From IMG/VR virus record IMGVR_UViG_3300037092_000074: a stretch of DNA of 20,000 bases. One strand, written 5' to 3'. A program made the translations under genes and the position numbers. Origin of the DNA: an uncultured virus (IMG/VR IMGVR_UViG_3300037092_000074). Its lineage: Duplodnaviria; Heunggongvirae; Uroviricota; Caudoviricetes. Shown piece by piece: positions 7,611 through 15,258 of the stretch. The notes below the pieces were generated by a model, which was not told the origin of the DNA, did not search any database, and worked only from the letters and a program-made list of their open reading frames with translations. Each line of letters opens with the position of its first letter. The first letter of the stretch is position 1.

Positions 7611-7860
7611 CCGGCCCCTCTATTTCTGCCCAGTAAGAAACTTTTTGGCCAAATTCATTTCCACCATTTTCACAGTGCCAAGCATAAGGAACAGTATTGT
7701 TTCCTAAATCACACCCGGGAGAGATAGGGAACCTTTCGTAGAGAAAGGTGTGATGCGGGTCATCAAGACCCCTCCCAAAAAGATTGGTATCCCCAACCCA
7801 ACACAGAACTCTTTTTCCGAAAGAAGGAAGTTTCTCGCTAGTTTTAATCCACTCAACCAT
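7600..7860 (-). CDS. DUF551-like phage protein
   Basis: Starts WIKTSEKLP..RVL and ends VSYWAEI; start reassigned to ATG 7860. Confidence 0.7.
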   Translation of the reverse strand: MVEWIKTSEKLPSFGKRVLCWVGDTNLFGRGLDDPHHTFLYERFPISPGCDLGNNTVPYAWHCENGGNEFGQKVSYWAEIEGPDAE

Positions 7861-8542
7861 TCGCCAACTCCCCTCTCCAGGTTCCTGTGGATTCGCGCAC
7901 AGCGGCCAAGAATATCTGCTTCTTTTCCTCGTGGTCGGACTCGAATTCATCTTGCAAAATCTGCTTTCCGAGTTCCCAAAACTCCTCGATCTCTTTCCGT
8001 TCGTCCGCTGTTGCGTAGAACCCTGGGGGGTCGAACTCATACCACAATCCTCTTGGTTCTTCGTGAACATGTAGCAACTCGCTTACCTTGGCCCGAAGCA
8101 TTAAAGCTGTTGTCTTCGGGTCGGAAGCGTAGTCCATTATCCGGACAGGGCTCAGAAGCCCGGGAACCTCGGCGTCTACCCTTCCCCCTTGTTTTACCAG
8201 GCGCTTGAGTTCGTGCCCCTTCGTTATTCCGATGGTTTCTAACTGCTCGTCTGTCAGAAAAGGGTGTAAAACTTCTGACACGGAAAGCACGGCGTACATT
8301 TGACTGCGCTCCCTCCCGATCTTCTTTCGAACCACTTCCAAGTAGGAAGTGAAGCGGTCGTACCCCAAGGGAATCCAATACTGTTCGACCTTGACTTCCC
8401 GGACAAGGCGGGACAGCCGGGCGAAGTGCTTGGCGAGCCGCAACTCGTGGGCAGAGATTTGTTCTAGCAGCCCGTCGATCTCCGTCTGCTTTTGCTGCGC
8501 AGCTTCGGAACTCACCGGGGGAAGAATTTCAAGGTCGGTCAT
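7853..8542 (-). CDS. hypothetical protein (229 aa, helical)
   Basis: Long ORF, AAGGAG RBS, ATGA overlap; YW..LGYD.F..YL pattern seen in phage DNA-associated proteins. Confidence 0.8.
   Translation of the reverse strand: MTDLEILPPVSSEAAQQKQTEIDGLLEQISAHELRLAKHFARLSRLVREVKVEQYWIPLGYDRFTSYLEVVRKKIGRERSQMYAVLSVSEVLHPFLTDEQLETIGITKGHELKRLVKQGGRVDAEVPGLLSPVRIMDYASDPKTTALMLRAKVSELLHVHEEPRGLWYEFDPPGFYATADERKEIEEFWELGKQILQDEFESDHEEKKQIFLAAVRESTGTWRGELANG
8132..8146 (-). repeat. 15-bp motif, exact
   Basis: Intragenic, encodes VRIMD. Confidence 0.95.
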
Positions 8543-9609
8543 TTCTTCTCCTTGGTAAGCATCGGCATGGTCAGAACCAACATATTTCCAGACGCCAACC
8601 AGACGGGTTTATTCGTAATACTCAGGACCGCCGGTCCTTTTGCCTTGGAAAGAAAGCTGGACAGGTACTTGACGTTCAGCTTCATCCTGACCTCTCGGGG
8701 TTCGAAGATCGGGTCCGGTTCTGTCTGCTCATAAACCGTTTCGTCCTGGGCCGTACTCCCCACTCCCCCACTAAGACATTGTACCACACCGTCCTTGAAA
8801 TGTAAAGCGACAGCCCCCTGGTCCACGGATTCGTCAACCATAGGCTCGACTGTGCGCAAGACGGACAGCAGGTTTTCCGCGAGAAAGCTCAGTTTCGTGT
8901 GCGGAGCAGCGGCCAGCAAACTGTCATAGTTTGGGTATGCCTGGACCGGCTTCGAGGCGTAGACCGTTGTGCCCCCGGAGGTTATCTTCAGGTGGGTGTT
9001 GGTTTCGCCTATTTCGATTTGGGGTCCGTCCATTAACTGGACAATTGAGGCCGCGGTCAGGTTCAGAAGCATTCGGAACTCGAAGGGAAGCTCCGCCTTG
9101 GTGTTGACCGTGGTCAGGATAATTCCGTCCGTGCCTGTGATCCGGTAGCCTTGGGGCAAGTCGTACTCAATTCTCAGGGCCTGGCTTTGAAACTGAACAC
9201 AACCCCCAAAGGGGGCGGACTTGGCCGGAGACGCGGAGGAAGCCGCAAGAGCTAAAGCTTGTTTGAATTCAACAGCCGGGAGCAACAGCACCTTGTCCGG
9301 TTGGCGCGGAAGGGTCGAAGTTTTTGCCGGTTGGATTTCAAGCTCAATCCTGGCCTTGGCCGAGCGGAGTGTCAGCTTCTTATCCTCTCTCGTGATTTCG
9401 ACCTGACTCGACATCCTTGCCACGGTTTGGGACAGCTTCTTGCCAGCGATGTTGAAAGCCGGGCCAAGTCCGGATAATGGACAGTCTACCACAACCCAGG
9501 CATCACTATCTTGAGCACTGACGAAGGTCTCGCTGATTTGGTAGGTCTCCGTCTTCACGCCGGACAGGCGCTTGAGGGCATGTTTCAGGTCGGTGGCGGC
9601 GATGTTCAT
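8539..9609 (-). CDS. dnaN: DNA polymerase III beta sliding clamp homologue
   Basis: 356 aa; GTDG, YPNYDSLL and LNVKYL motifs and C-terminal LTMPM match beta-clamp hallmarks. Confidence 0.8.
   Translation of the reverse strand: MNIAATDLKHALKRLSGVKTETYQISETFVSAQDSDAWVVVDCPLSGLGPAFNIAGKKLSQTVARMSSQVEITREDKKLTLRSAKARIELEIQPAKTSTLPRQPDKVLLLPAVEFKQALALAASSASPAKSAPFGGCVQFQSQALRIEYDLPQGYRITGTDGIILTTVNTKAELPFEFRMLLNLTAASIVQLMDGPQIEIGETNTHLKITSGGTTVYASKPVQAYPNYDSLLAAAPHTKLSFLAENLLSVLRTVEPMVDESVDQGAVALHFKDGVVQCLSGGVGSTAQDETVYEQTEPDPIFEPREVRMKLNVKYLSSFLSKAKGPAVLSITNKPVWLASGNMLVLTMPMLTKEKK
9468..9482 (+). repeat. 15-bp motif, exact, inverted orientation
   Basis: Inside the beta-clamp gene, encodes CPLSGL. 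Confidence 0.95.
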
Positions 9610-10469
9610 TCTTCTTCATCCTTTTCTTGGGGTAGCTTAGAGAGCACAGATTCCAAAATGTCGGCGTGGTTCTGTAGTTCCGTCTTTAGTCTCTCTGCCG
9701 ACTGCACCCCGTACTTGGCTTGGGATAAAAGTCTCTTTATCTCCGAGTCTCCACTCATTATAACACGAACAGCCTCTCCTATTTTTTCTACTTTCCAACC
9801 GTATTGAACATCAATCCCCGACGCTTTATCAAAGGCTTCGACTCTCTCCCGAAGCTCCCGATATGATTTCTCGTAACTTCCGTCCTGTGTTCGAGATACC
9901 CCCTCAGCATATCCTTTATCCCTCTCGGCTCTCAAAGCGGAAGCATCCAATTTTAGGTGCTTCGTTTGTACGGCATACAGCAGGGCTGTCAGCATTCCTC
10001 GGTCCATCGGTAAGGGTTCCATCTTCGGGCAGGGAACTACGCACTTCAATTTGGTCTTCTGCGCAACGTACAAGCCCCAATTGGCGGGCAACTCCCCGGG
10101 TTTCACCAAGTCCTTGTCCGGAACCACCAAACCCCAGTAATCACAGTAGCGAAGAATGGATTCTGACTTCTCGGGCTGCTTTAATTCGTGTAACCAGTCA
10201 GAGCGTGACACCTTGAATTCAAAACCCCAAACAGCTTTACCCCTACTTCGGTACAGGGAAACAGCCATTGCGTCTGCTGTTCTTCTTCCATCAAACCCGG
10301 TGGCGTCCCTTACCTCTTCCAGCGTAATGTACTGCGGAGCGGGGAACGAGCGCTGAAGGCGGGTGTACAACTCGTGGGCTTGAAGTTTGACTCCCGCTTC
10401 TAGCTCTTCTTCAGCGGCAAAGTCTTCCCCCATCAGTTCCGCGTAGGTAAGTTCGGGGGTATCGCTCAT
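9606..10469 (-). CDS. MmcB-like PD-(D/E)XK nuclease with coiled-coil C-terminus
   Basis: RTADAMAV..GFEFKVSRSDWLHELKQPEK..CDYWGLVVP. Confidence 0.75.
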   Translation of the reverse strand: MSDTPELTYAELMGEDFAAEEELEAGVKLQAHELYTRLQRSFPAPQYITLEEVRDATGFDGRRTADAMAVSLYRSRGKAVWGFEFKVSRSDWLHELKQPEKSESILRYCDYWGLVVPDKDLVKPGELPANWGLYVAQKTKLKCVVPCPKMEPLPMDRGMLTALLYAVQTKHLKLDASALRAERDKGYAEGVSRTQDGSYEKSYRELRERVEAFDKASGIDVQYGWKVEKIGEAVRVIMSGDSEIKRLLSQAKYGVQSAERLKTELQNHADILESVLSKLPQEKDEEE

Positions 10470-10798
10470 TTCTTGTCCTTTTCAAAAATAGCTTCGTCCA
10501 ACCAAAACTGTTCTTTTACTCCAAAACAAGTCAGGCGAGAGCGAGACTCGTTGCATAGCTGAAGAGCGCGAAAGAGAATGTCATACGTGTTATTTCCCCG
10601 AGCTTCCTCCCGCGAGATCATTGCTTGAATCTCGGACAAAGGTTTCCCGAATAGCGTGTTGCCCGGGTCGGTGAGAATTTCCTTCAGCAAGTCTTCCCTG
10701 CTTGGATTGGGGTATTTATTTCTCAGAGACTCGGGGCAGTCCTCTTGGTGCTTTCCTCCTGGGTACATACATCCTGGACAGCTTTGATGACCGATCAT
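10466..10798 (-). CDS. hypothetical protein (110 aa)
   Basis: ATGA overlaps at both ends; N-terminal CxxC..H...C. Confidence 0.7.
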   Translation of the reverse strand: MIGHQSCPGCMYPGGKHQEDCPESLRNKYPNPSREDLLKEILTDPGNTLFGKPLSEIQAMISREEARGNNTYDILFRALQLCNESRSRLTCFGVKEQFWLDEAIFEKDKK

Positions 10799-10944
10799 TC
10801 TGGTGCCTCCTCGCGGGATTTCTGTTGTTGGTAATCGTAAACAAATTTGTCTACTTTTTTCATTTCCCCTTTAAGATTTCGAGCAAGCTCGGCAAGATAG
10901 TTGGGGCGGTCAATCGGGCTCAGGGACCTGTATTCATCAGGCAT
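10795..10944 (-). CDS. small hypothetical protein (49 aa)
   Basis: GAGGAG RBS before ATG 10944; coupled to neighbours. Confidence 0.6.
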   Translation of the reverse strand: MPDEYRSLSPIDRPNYLAELARNLKGEMKKVDKFVYDYQQQKSREEAPE

Positions 10945-12826
10945 CGGAGTTCTCCTCGTGGCTGGTGTCCAAGGCTTCGAACGCTGCAAATTCGCCAAAG
11001 AAGTGAAGGTAGGCTGTAGCTTTGCCCAAACCCTTCGACCGGGTCTTCAGCATTTCGACTAATGTCTTTTCCTCGTAGATGTCGTTTCTGCCGTCTTCCC
11101 CTTCGGCCTGCTTGGCTAATTCGCGGTGAAGAGCCATGAAAGAGTCGCAAGTGTCTCCGAAGGAGCCGGAGCCCTTGGCGTCGGTGATGTGGGTCTTCTT
11201 CCCTTTGGCCTGGGCAGTAGCTTTGCGGGGTTGTCCCACCACGATGAACTTGACTCCGTAGGTTCCCGCCATTTGCTTGATGCGCTTGATCGCGGCGGTT
11301 TGAACTCGATTCTCGTCGTCGATTCCTGTCGTGTAAAAATGCAGGTTGTCCAAGACGGCGACGGTTGCCCCCGTGCGCCTTATAGCAGCCTCCATAATGT
11401 CCAACACATCCAGGATGTTGGTGATGGAGGGATTATTGCCGATGTAGTATTGCACGTCGCCCAACTGCTCTGCCGCTTCTTTCAGGTCTTCTTTCTTCAA
11501 GAAATTTCTGTTTCTCCTCAGAACCAAGGCCGCCACTACGACGGCAATTTCAGACGGCGATAACTCGCACTGCCAGTTTATAACAACCTCGTTATATTTC
11601 CGGGCCCCGAACAAACTGGCCTGAATAACGAAAGGGGTCTTGCCCATGCTGGTGTTTGTGCTGGTCAATCCGAGTACCGACCCGGGCAGAAGCACAGCCA
11701 TCTGGTCCACAGTCGTCCAAGGAAATCGCAGCCGGTCGGCTCGGTCCACGAGGCTGGTATCTTCTCCGTGCTGCATCACTTCCTGGATGGAGTAAATGTC
11801 GGGCATCGGCTGCGACTTAGCCTTGCTCGTCAGTTCCTCGACCAGGGTCCGGAATTTGTCTATGTTTCGTCCGCAGTGTTCTAAGAAGGTGGCGTTGGCA
11901 TCCTTACAGCCGTCTGGCCACGTCAGGAGATACGTTCCCTTCCCCAACTCGGTCCAGAGCTTAGTCATGTACCCGGAGCCGGTTGCGTCTGTGTCACCCG
12001 CTAGAATAACGGACGACGCCCGCATTATCTGATCCTTCATACTTGGTGTTAGTTTCGTTCCCGCAGAAGGAACAGAAACAGCATGAAATCCAGCTTGGGC
12101 TAGGCAAAGTTGATCGAACTCGCCCTCGACCACATACACAGGTTCAAAAACGTCGATCTCTTCCGCGCCAAACAAAGCGGTCGCAAAACCTGGCTGCCGG
12201 GCAAACCCACCGGGTTTCTTCCTAATTATTGACCTATATTTTATTCCCACAACCTGATTATTTTCAACGCAGGGAAAAGCCAACCAGCCTTGGTCGGCGA
12301 TGTCGGCCCCCTGCTCTCCGGCCAGAGACCCGATAGTCTGCACAAACCCAAGTCTAAGCTGCTGCGCGGTTGCAAGTGTTATTCCGCGCTCTGTGTCCAG
12401 GTAATGGACAGCTTCCTTAGAGTTAGCTAAAGCAGTTTCCAGCTTGGCCCAGGCCGAGAGTGGGATTGTCTTGTAGGTCTTTTGCTCGGCGACCGGCTTG
12501 AACACGGACTCCACTTTTTGTTTGGTGGATTCCCAGTCGGACTGTCCTAGTTCTTTCTTCACGCGCTCGACCGCCGTTGCAAAATCGCAGCTTTCCACCT
12601 GTTGGATAAGCTGAAAAATGTTGAGATTGGCTCCGCACCCGAAGCAAGAGCACCGCATATCAGGGAAAATATTGAAGCTGGGTGTCTTGTCGTTGTGTCC
12701 GGGTAATGGACAGCAGCCGACATACTTGTTCCCCGCCTTCTTCAGACCGGGAACGAGTTGCCCGTATATCCGGAGAACTCCGGGGTCGGATTTTAGTTGA
12801 TCCAAATCTTCTTTTGCCAAACCCAC
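10937..12826 (-). CDS. DNA primase-helicase (CHC2 Zn finger + TOPRIM + SF4/DnaB-like helicase)
   Basis: CPLPGHNDKTPSF..CFGC; VVEGEFD; AGDTD; KDAN; Walker A SMGKT; Walker B VLDNLH; KGSG; KTR. Confidence 0.95.
   Translation of the reverse strand: MGLAKEDLDQLKSDPGVLRIYGQLVPGLKKAGNKYVGCCPLPGHNDKTPSFNIFPDMRCSCFGCGANLNIFQLIQQVESCDFATAVERVKKELGQSDWESTKQKVESVFKPVAEQKTYKTIPLSAWAKLETALANSKEAVHYLDTERGITLATAQQLRLGFVQTIGSLAGEQGADIADQGWLAFPCVENNQVVGIKYRSIIRKKPGGFARQPGFATALFGAEEIDVFEPVYVVEGEFDQLCLAQAGFHAVSVPSAGTKLTPSMKDQIMRASSVILAGDTDATGSGYMTKLWTELGKGTYLLTWPDGCKDANATFLEHCGRNIDKFRTLVEELTSKAKSQPMPDIYSIQEVMQHGEDTSLVDRADRLRFPWTTVDQMAVLLPGSVLGLTSTNTSMGKTPFVIQASLFGARKYNEVVINWQCELSPSEIAVVVAALVLRRNRNFLKKEDLKEAAEQLGDVQYYIGNNPSITNILDVLDIMEAAIRRTGATVAVLDNLHFYTTGIDDENRVQTAAIKRIKQMAGTYGVKFIVVGQPRKATAQAKGKKTHITDAKGSGSFGDTCDSFMALHRELAKQAEGEDGRNDIYEEKTLVEMLKTRSKGLGKATAYLHFFGEFAAFEALDTSHEENSDA
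12697..12711 (+). repeat. 15-bp motif, 1 mismatch, inverted
   Basis: GTCCGGGTAATGGAC in the primase Zn-finger codons. Confidence 0.8.
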
Positions 12827-13002
12827 ACCGTCCCCAAGTCGATTTCATCGCATAAAAGCTCGGCAGCCTTGTTTATCGCGTTTTGCCATCCGAAGTCCAC
12901 AAGGAAGGTAAATCCCCGGGATTCCAGGAACTCACCCGCGAACACGATTTCCTCGGGTAGGCCATACCGGCTGTAGCGGGTGCTGTAGTCTCGAATCTTC
13001 AT
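12793..13002 (-). CDS. hypothetical protein (69 aa)
   Basis: ATG 13002 directly follows the upstream stop. Confidence 0.65.
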   Translation of the reverse strand: MKIRDYSTRYSRYGLPEEIVFAGEFLESRGFTFLVDFGWQNAINKAAELLCDEIDLGTVWVWQKKIWIN

Positions 13003-13003
13003 G

Positions 13004-13183
13004 CTACTCGTCAACCTCTATGAAACCATGTTCGTAGGCCCAATCTCTGAGCTTCTGTTCCTCAAACACATCTTCGGGGGAAAGCTCGTCTCCGATCCAC
13101 TCTGCGGCCACGTTGAGGAACCCGTCCGCAAAGATTTCCGAACCGAAACGGAAGTTAAGTCTTTTTCCTAAGTCAAGGAGCAT
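13004..13183 (-). CDS. hypothetical protein (59 aa; not in ORF track)
   Basis: MLLDLGKRLNF...WIGDELSPEDVFEEQKLRDWAYEHGFIEVDE; AAGGAG RBS; fills the gap. Confidence 0.75.
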   Translation of the reverse strand: MLLDLGKRLNFRFGSEIFADGFLNVAAEWIGDELSPEDVFEEQKLRDWAYEHGFIEVDE

Positions 13184-13623
13184 TCTTTCTTCTCCTTTTG
13201 CTCTTGAATGTCATCGTCCCGAAGCGAGGACCCGTTGAGGCCCTGGCGTTGTAGATATTCCCGCGCTTGAACCACTACAGGATGCGCTTTACCGTCAACT
13301 ACCGGGATACGTAGAAGCGCACGCCGCAAAAGCACAGAAAGATTTTGAATTTGCAACTCTTGGATGTGTCCATCGGCTTCAGTGACCGAGCCGTAGGTTG
13401 CCTCAAAGATGTCCGGCTTGCAGGGGTAGAACTCTCCCTTGACGCCTTTGATGATCCAGTCGCCCACGTTTCCAACCATCTTGCCTTCGAGTGTGTTGAT
13501 CTCAACTTCGCCGCCATCCTCAACAAATCCAGCGCCAAGGATAAAGGCCCGCAAGGCGCTGCCATTTTCGCCTGTCCATTGAACAGCCTCAATAACTACC
13601 GGCTTATTGCGAAATTTGCTCAT
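13168..13623 (-). CDS. conserved phage protein (PGDYG-like domain)
   Basis: FRNKPVVIEAVQW..TLEG..GDWIIKGVKGEFYPCKPDIFEATY; GGAGG RBS before ATG 13623. Confidence 0.85.
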   Translation of the reverse strand: MSKFRNKPVVIEAVQWTGENGSALRAFILGAGFVEDGGEVEINTLEGKMVGNVGDWIIKGVKGEFYPCKPDIFEATYGSVTEADGHIQELQIQNLSVLLRRALLRIPVVDGKAHPVVVQAREYLQRQGLNGSSLRDDDIQEQKEKKECSLT

Positions 13624-13834
13624 GTCCCCCCTCCACCCAATCAGAAGCCCGCATCCGAGACAATGCCTTTGTAAGTTCCAGGGAAGCCCGTCTGGCTGAG
13701 GCCGACGCGGAGCCCTGAACCACGGTGAAGAGGTTGTTGGTTCCGAACTCGTCGGTCTGAGCAAGCAACTCCGTGGCCTTCGCCACGAAACGCTCGGCCT
13801 CTTCCTTCGCTTGCTTAACGTTTTCGTATTTCAT
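13604..13834 (-). CDS. hypothetical protein (76 aa)
   Basis: AGGAGG RBS; helical. Confidence 0.75.
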   Translation of the reverse strand: MKYENVKQAKEEAERFVAKATELLAQTDEFGTNNLFTVVQGSASASARRASLELTKALSRMRASDWVEGGHEQISQ

Positions 13835-13842
13835 GTTTCCTC

Positions 13843-15060
13843 CTAGTCTTTGTAAGGATCGTAGGTGTCGTTCCCCGCCATCGCAACACCGACCGGGGTA
13901 AGTGTGTGCAGAATCTTCACCGAGTCGGCTACTTCCGCCAGCACAGAGTCGAGTCGCTTGTAGCAGTCAGGACTTTCGTCCACGCCCGCCCCGCGCAGTT
14001 CGATACCGGATTTGTCCACCCACCCCTGCATCATTTCTTGGGAGACTCGTCCTTCTCTTACAACGGTGGTGACGCCTGTTTCCTTGTTGAACTTGGTTTT
14101 TCCCTTCGCTTCCATACGCCCCATCGAACGCCCAGCTCCGTGGACAGTGGAGTATAGTGAGTATTTGGAGTTTTCGTTTTCGACCCCTTCTAGGATGACG
14201 GACTTCTCTCCCATTGTGGCCCCAACAAAACCCTTTTGACCCGGAAAGGCGGGAGTGGCTCCCTTACGGACTACCCAAAGCATCTCGCCCCCGTGCTCTT
14301 CTCTCCAGGCAAGATTGTGATTGTTGGATACCTCTTCCAAAATGTCGGCACTTAATAATTTAGCCACACGATTGCACACCCAATTACGCCCCGCATAGGC
14401 ATATTCCCCGCCGAGTTTCATGGCTTCGATATACTGCGCACCGAGGTCAGTTGCAACGTCTAGCACACAAGGAGCGGCGGCCATATCTTGGTTTGCTCCA
14501 GCAGCCCCGAGGAACCACGTTGCGATGCCGTGACCAAACCCTCGTGATCCGAAGTGAACACCGATCCATGCCCGGTCCGATTCATCAGTAAACAGGTCAA
14601 CGTAGTGATTTCCACTACCTACTGTCCCGAGTTGGAGAGCGGCTTTTTGGCGAAGGGACTTCGCGGCAATCGTATCCCACCCCGGGTGAGAACCGTCGAG
14701 AACGGGAGCATCTACTTCTTCAGCGTTTATGCGTCCCACACCAAAACTGATCGTCTTCCAGATGTCATCCATGATCTGTTTAATGTTGGCACGCAGAACA
14801 CTACCCGGAATATCGAGGCGGACGGCGGTATTCCCACATCCAATATCAAACCCTACTCCCGAGGGACTGATTGCGTCTTTGTATGCCAGAACCCCGCCAA
14901 TCGGCACATTATACCCATAGTGGCCGTCTGGCATTAAAGCGGCCTTGACAACGCGATCATCTTCAGCAGCGAGGGTAATCTGCTGTACCGTCTTTTCATC
15001 GTGAGGCCCAAAGATGGTGAGTTTCTCAGTTACAGTTCGCGTTCCATCAACTAGCTGCAT
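13843..15060 (-). CDS. rtcB: RtcB family RNA 3'-phosphate/2',3'-cyclic phosphate-5'-OH ligase
   Basis: PDGHYG.PIGG, GFDIGCG, GSGNHY, HFGSRG, NHN, RKGAT, HGAGR and DESP.CYK motifs; AGGAGG RBS before ATG 15060. Confidence 0.95.
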   Translation of the reverse strand: MQLVDGTRTVTEKLTIFGPHDEKTVQQITLAAEDDRVVKAALMPDGHYGYNVPIGGVLAYKDAISPSGVGFDIGCGNTAVRLDIPGSVLRANIKQIMDDIWKTISFGVGRINAEEVDAPVLDGSHPGWDTIAAKSLRQKAALQLGTVGSGNHYVDLFTDESDRAWIGVHFGSRGFGHGIATWFLGAAGANQDMAAAPCVLDVATDLGAQYIEAMKLGGEYAYAGRNWVCNRVAKLLSADILEEVSNNHNLAWREEHGGEMLWVVRKGATPAFPGQKGFVGATMGEKSVILEGVENENSKYSLYSTVHGAGRSMGRMEAKGKTKFNKETGVTTVVREGRVSQEMMQGWVDKSGIELRGAGVDESPDCYKRLDSVLAEVADSVKILHTLTPVGVAMAGNDTYDPYKD

Positions 15061-15078
15061 GTTTCCTCCTACAAAACC

Positions 15079-15089
15079 ATTATACCACA
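15079..15089 (-). promoter_or_regulatory. extended -10 promoter (TGTGGTATAAT) upstream of rtcB
   Basis: Perfect TGnTATAAT just upstream of the rtcB RBS. Confidence 0.65.
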
Positions 15090-15092
15090 AAA

Positions 15093-15107
15093 GTCCATTT
15101 TCCGGAC
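15093..15107 (-). repeat. 15-bp motif, 1 mismatch, over the rtcB promoter
   Basis: GTCCGGAAAATGGAC. Confidence 0.85.
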
Positions 15108-15179
15108 TGAATTTTGGGTCCATTTCCATATTGGAATAGGACTCCATCAAGGTCAATCACTTTTGCCCAGTAATCAGGC

Positions 15180-15238
15180 TCCCGCTCGTAGACATTTATG
15201 GGGTCCGTCTTGAACGGGATGCGAAGTCATCCAGACCC
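15180..15238 (-). ncRNA. candidate structured RNA / 5' leader
   Basis: Starts 7 nt after TATAAT; stems GGGTC/GACCC, GGATG/CATCC, CGT/ACG, alternative TCCCGTTC/GAGCGGGA. Confidence 0.35.
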
Positions 15239-15244
15239 AAGTAC

Positions 15245-15255
15245 ATTATACCACA
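15245..15255 (-). promoter_or_regulatory. extended -10 promoter (TGTGGTATAAT)
   Basis: Second identical TGTGGTATAAT at the start of the ~200-bp intergenic gap. Confidence 0.6.
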
Positions 15256-15258
15256 ACT

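Noticed and set aside
15061..15156. N-terminal extension of RtcB from TTG 15156
   Set aside because: A strong AGGAGG RBS and promoter support ATG 15060.
15080..15226. Open frame LRIPFKTDP...KWTFVV in the rtcB upstream gap
   Set aside because: Preceded by an in-frame TGA with no good start or RBS. A gene remnant cannot be fully excluded.
15180..15238. Hammerhead, HDV-like ribozyme or tRNA call for the structured leader
   Set aside because: It has CTGGATGA rather than CTGATGA, no GAAA core, no HDV P1.1/J4-2 pattern and no cloverleaf.
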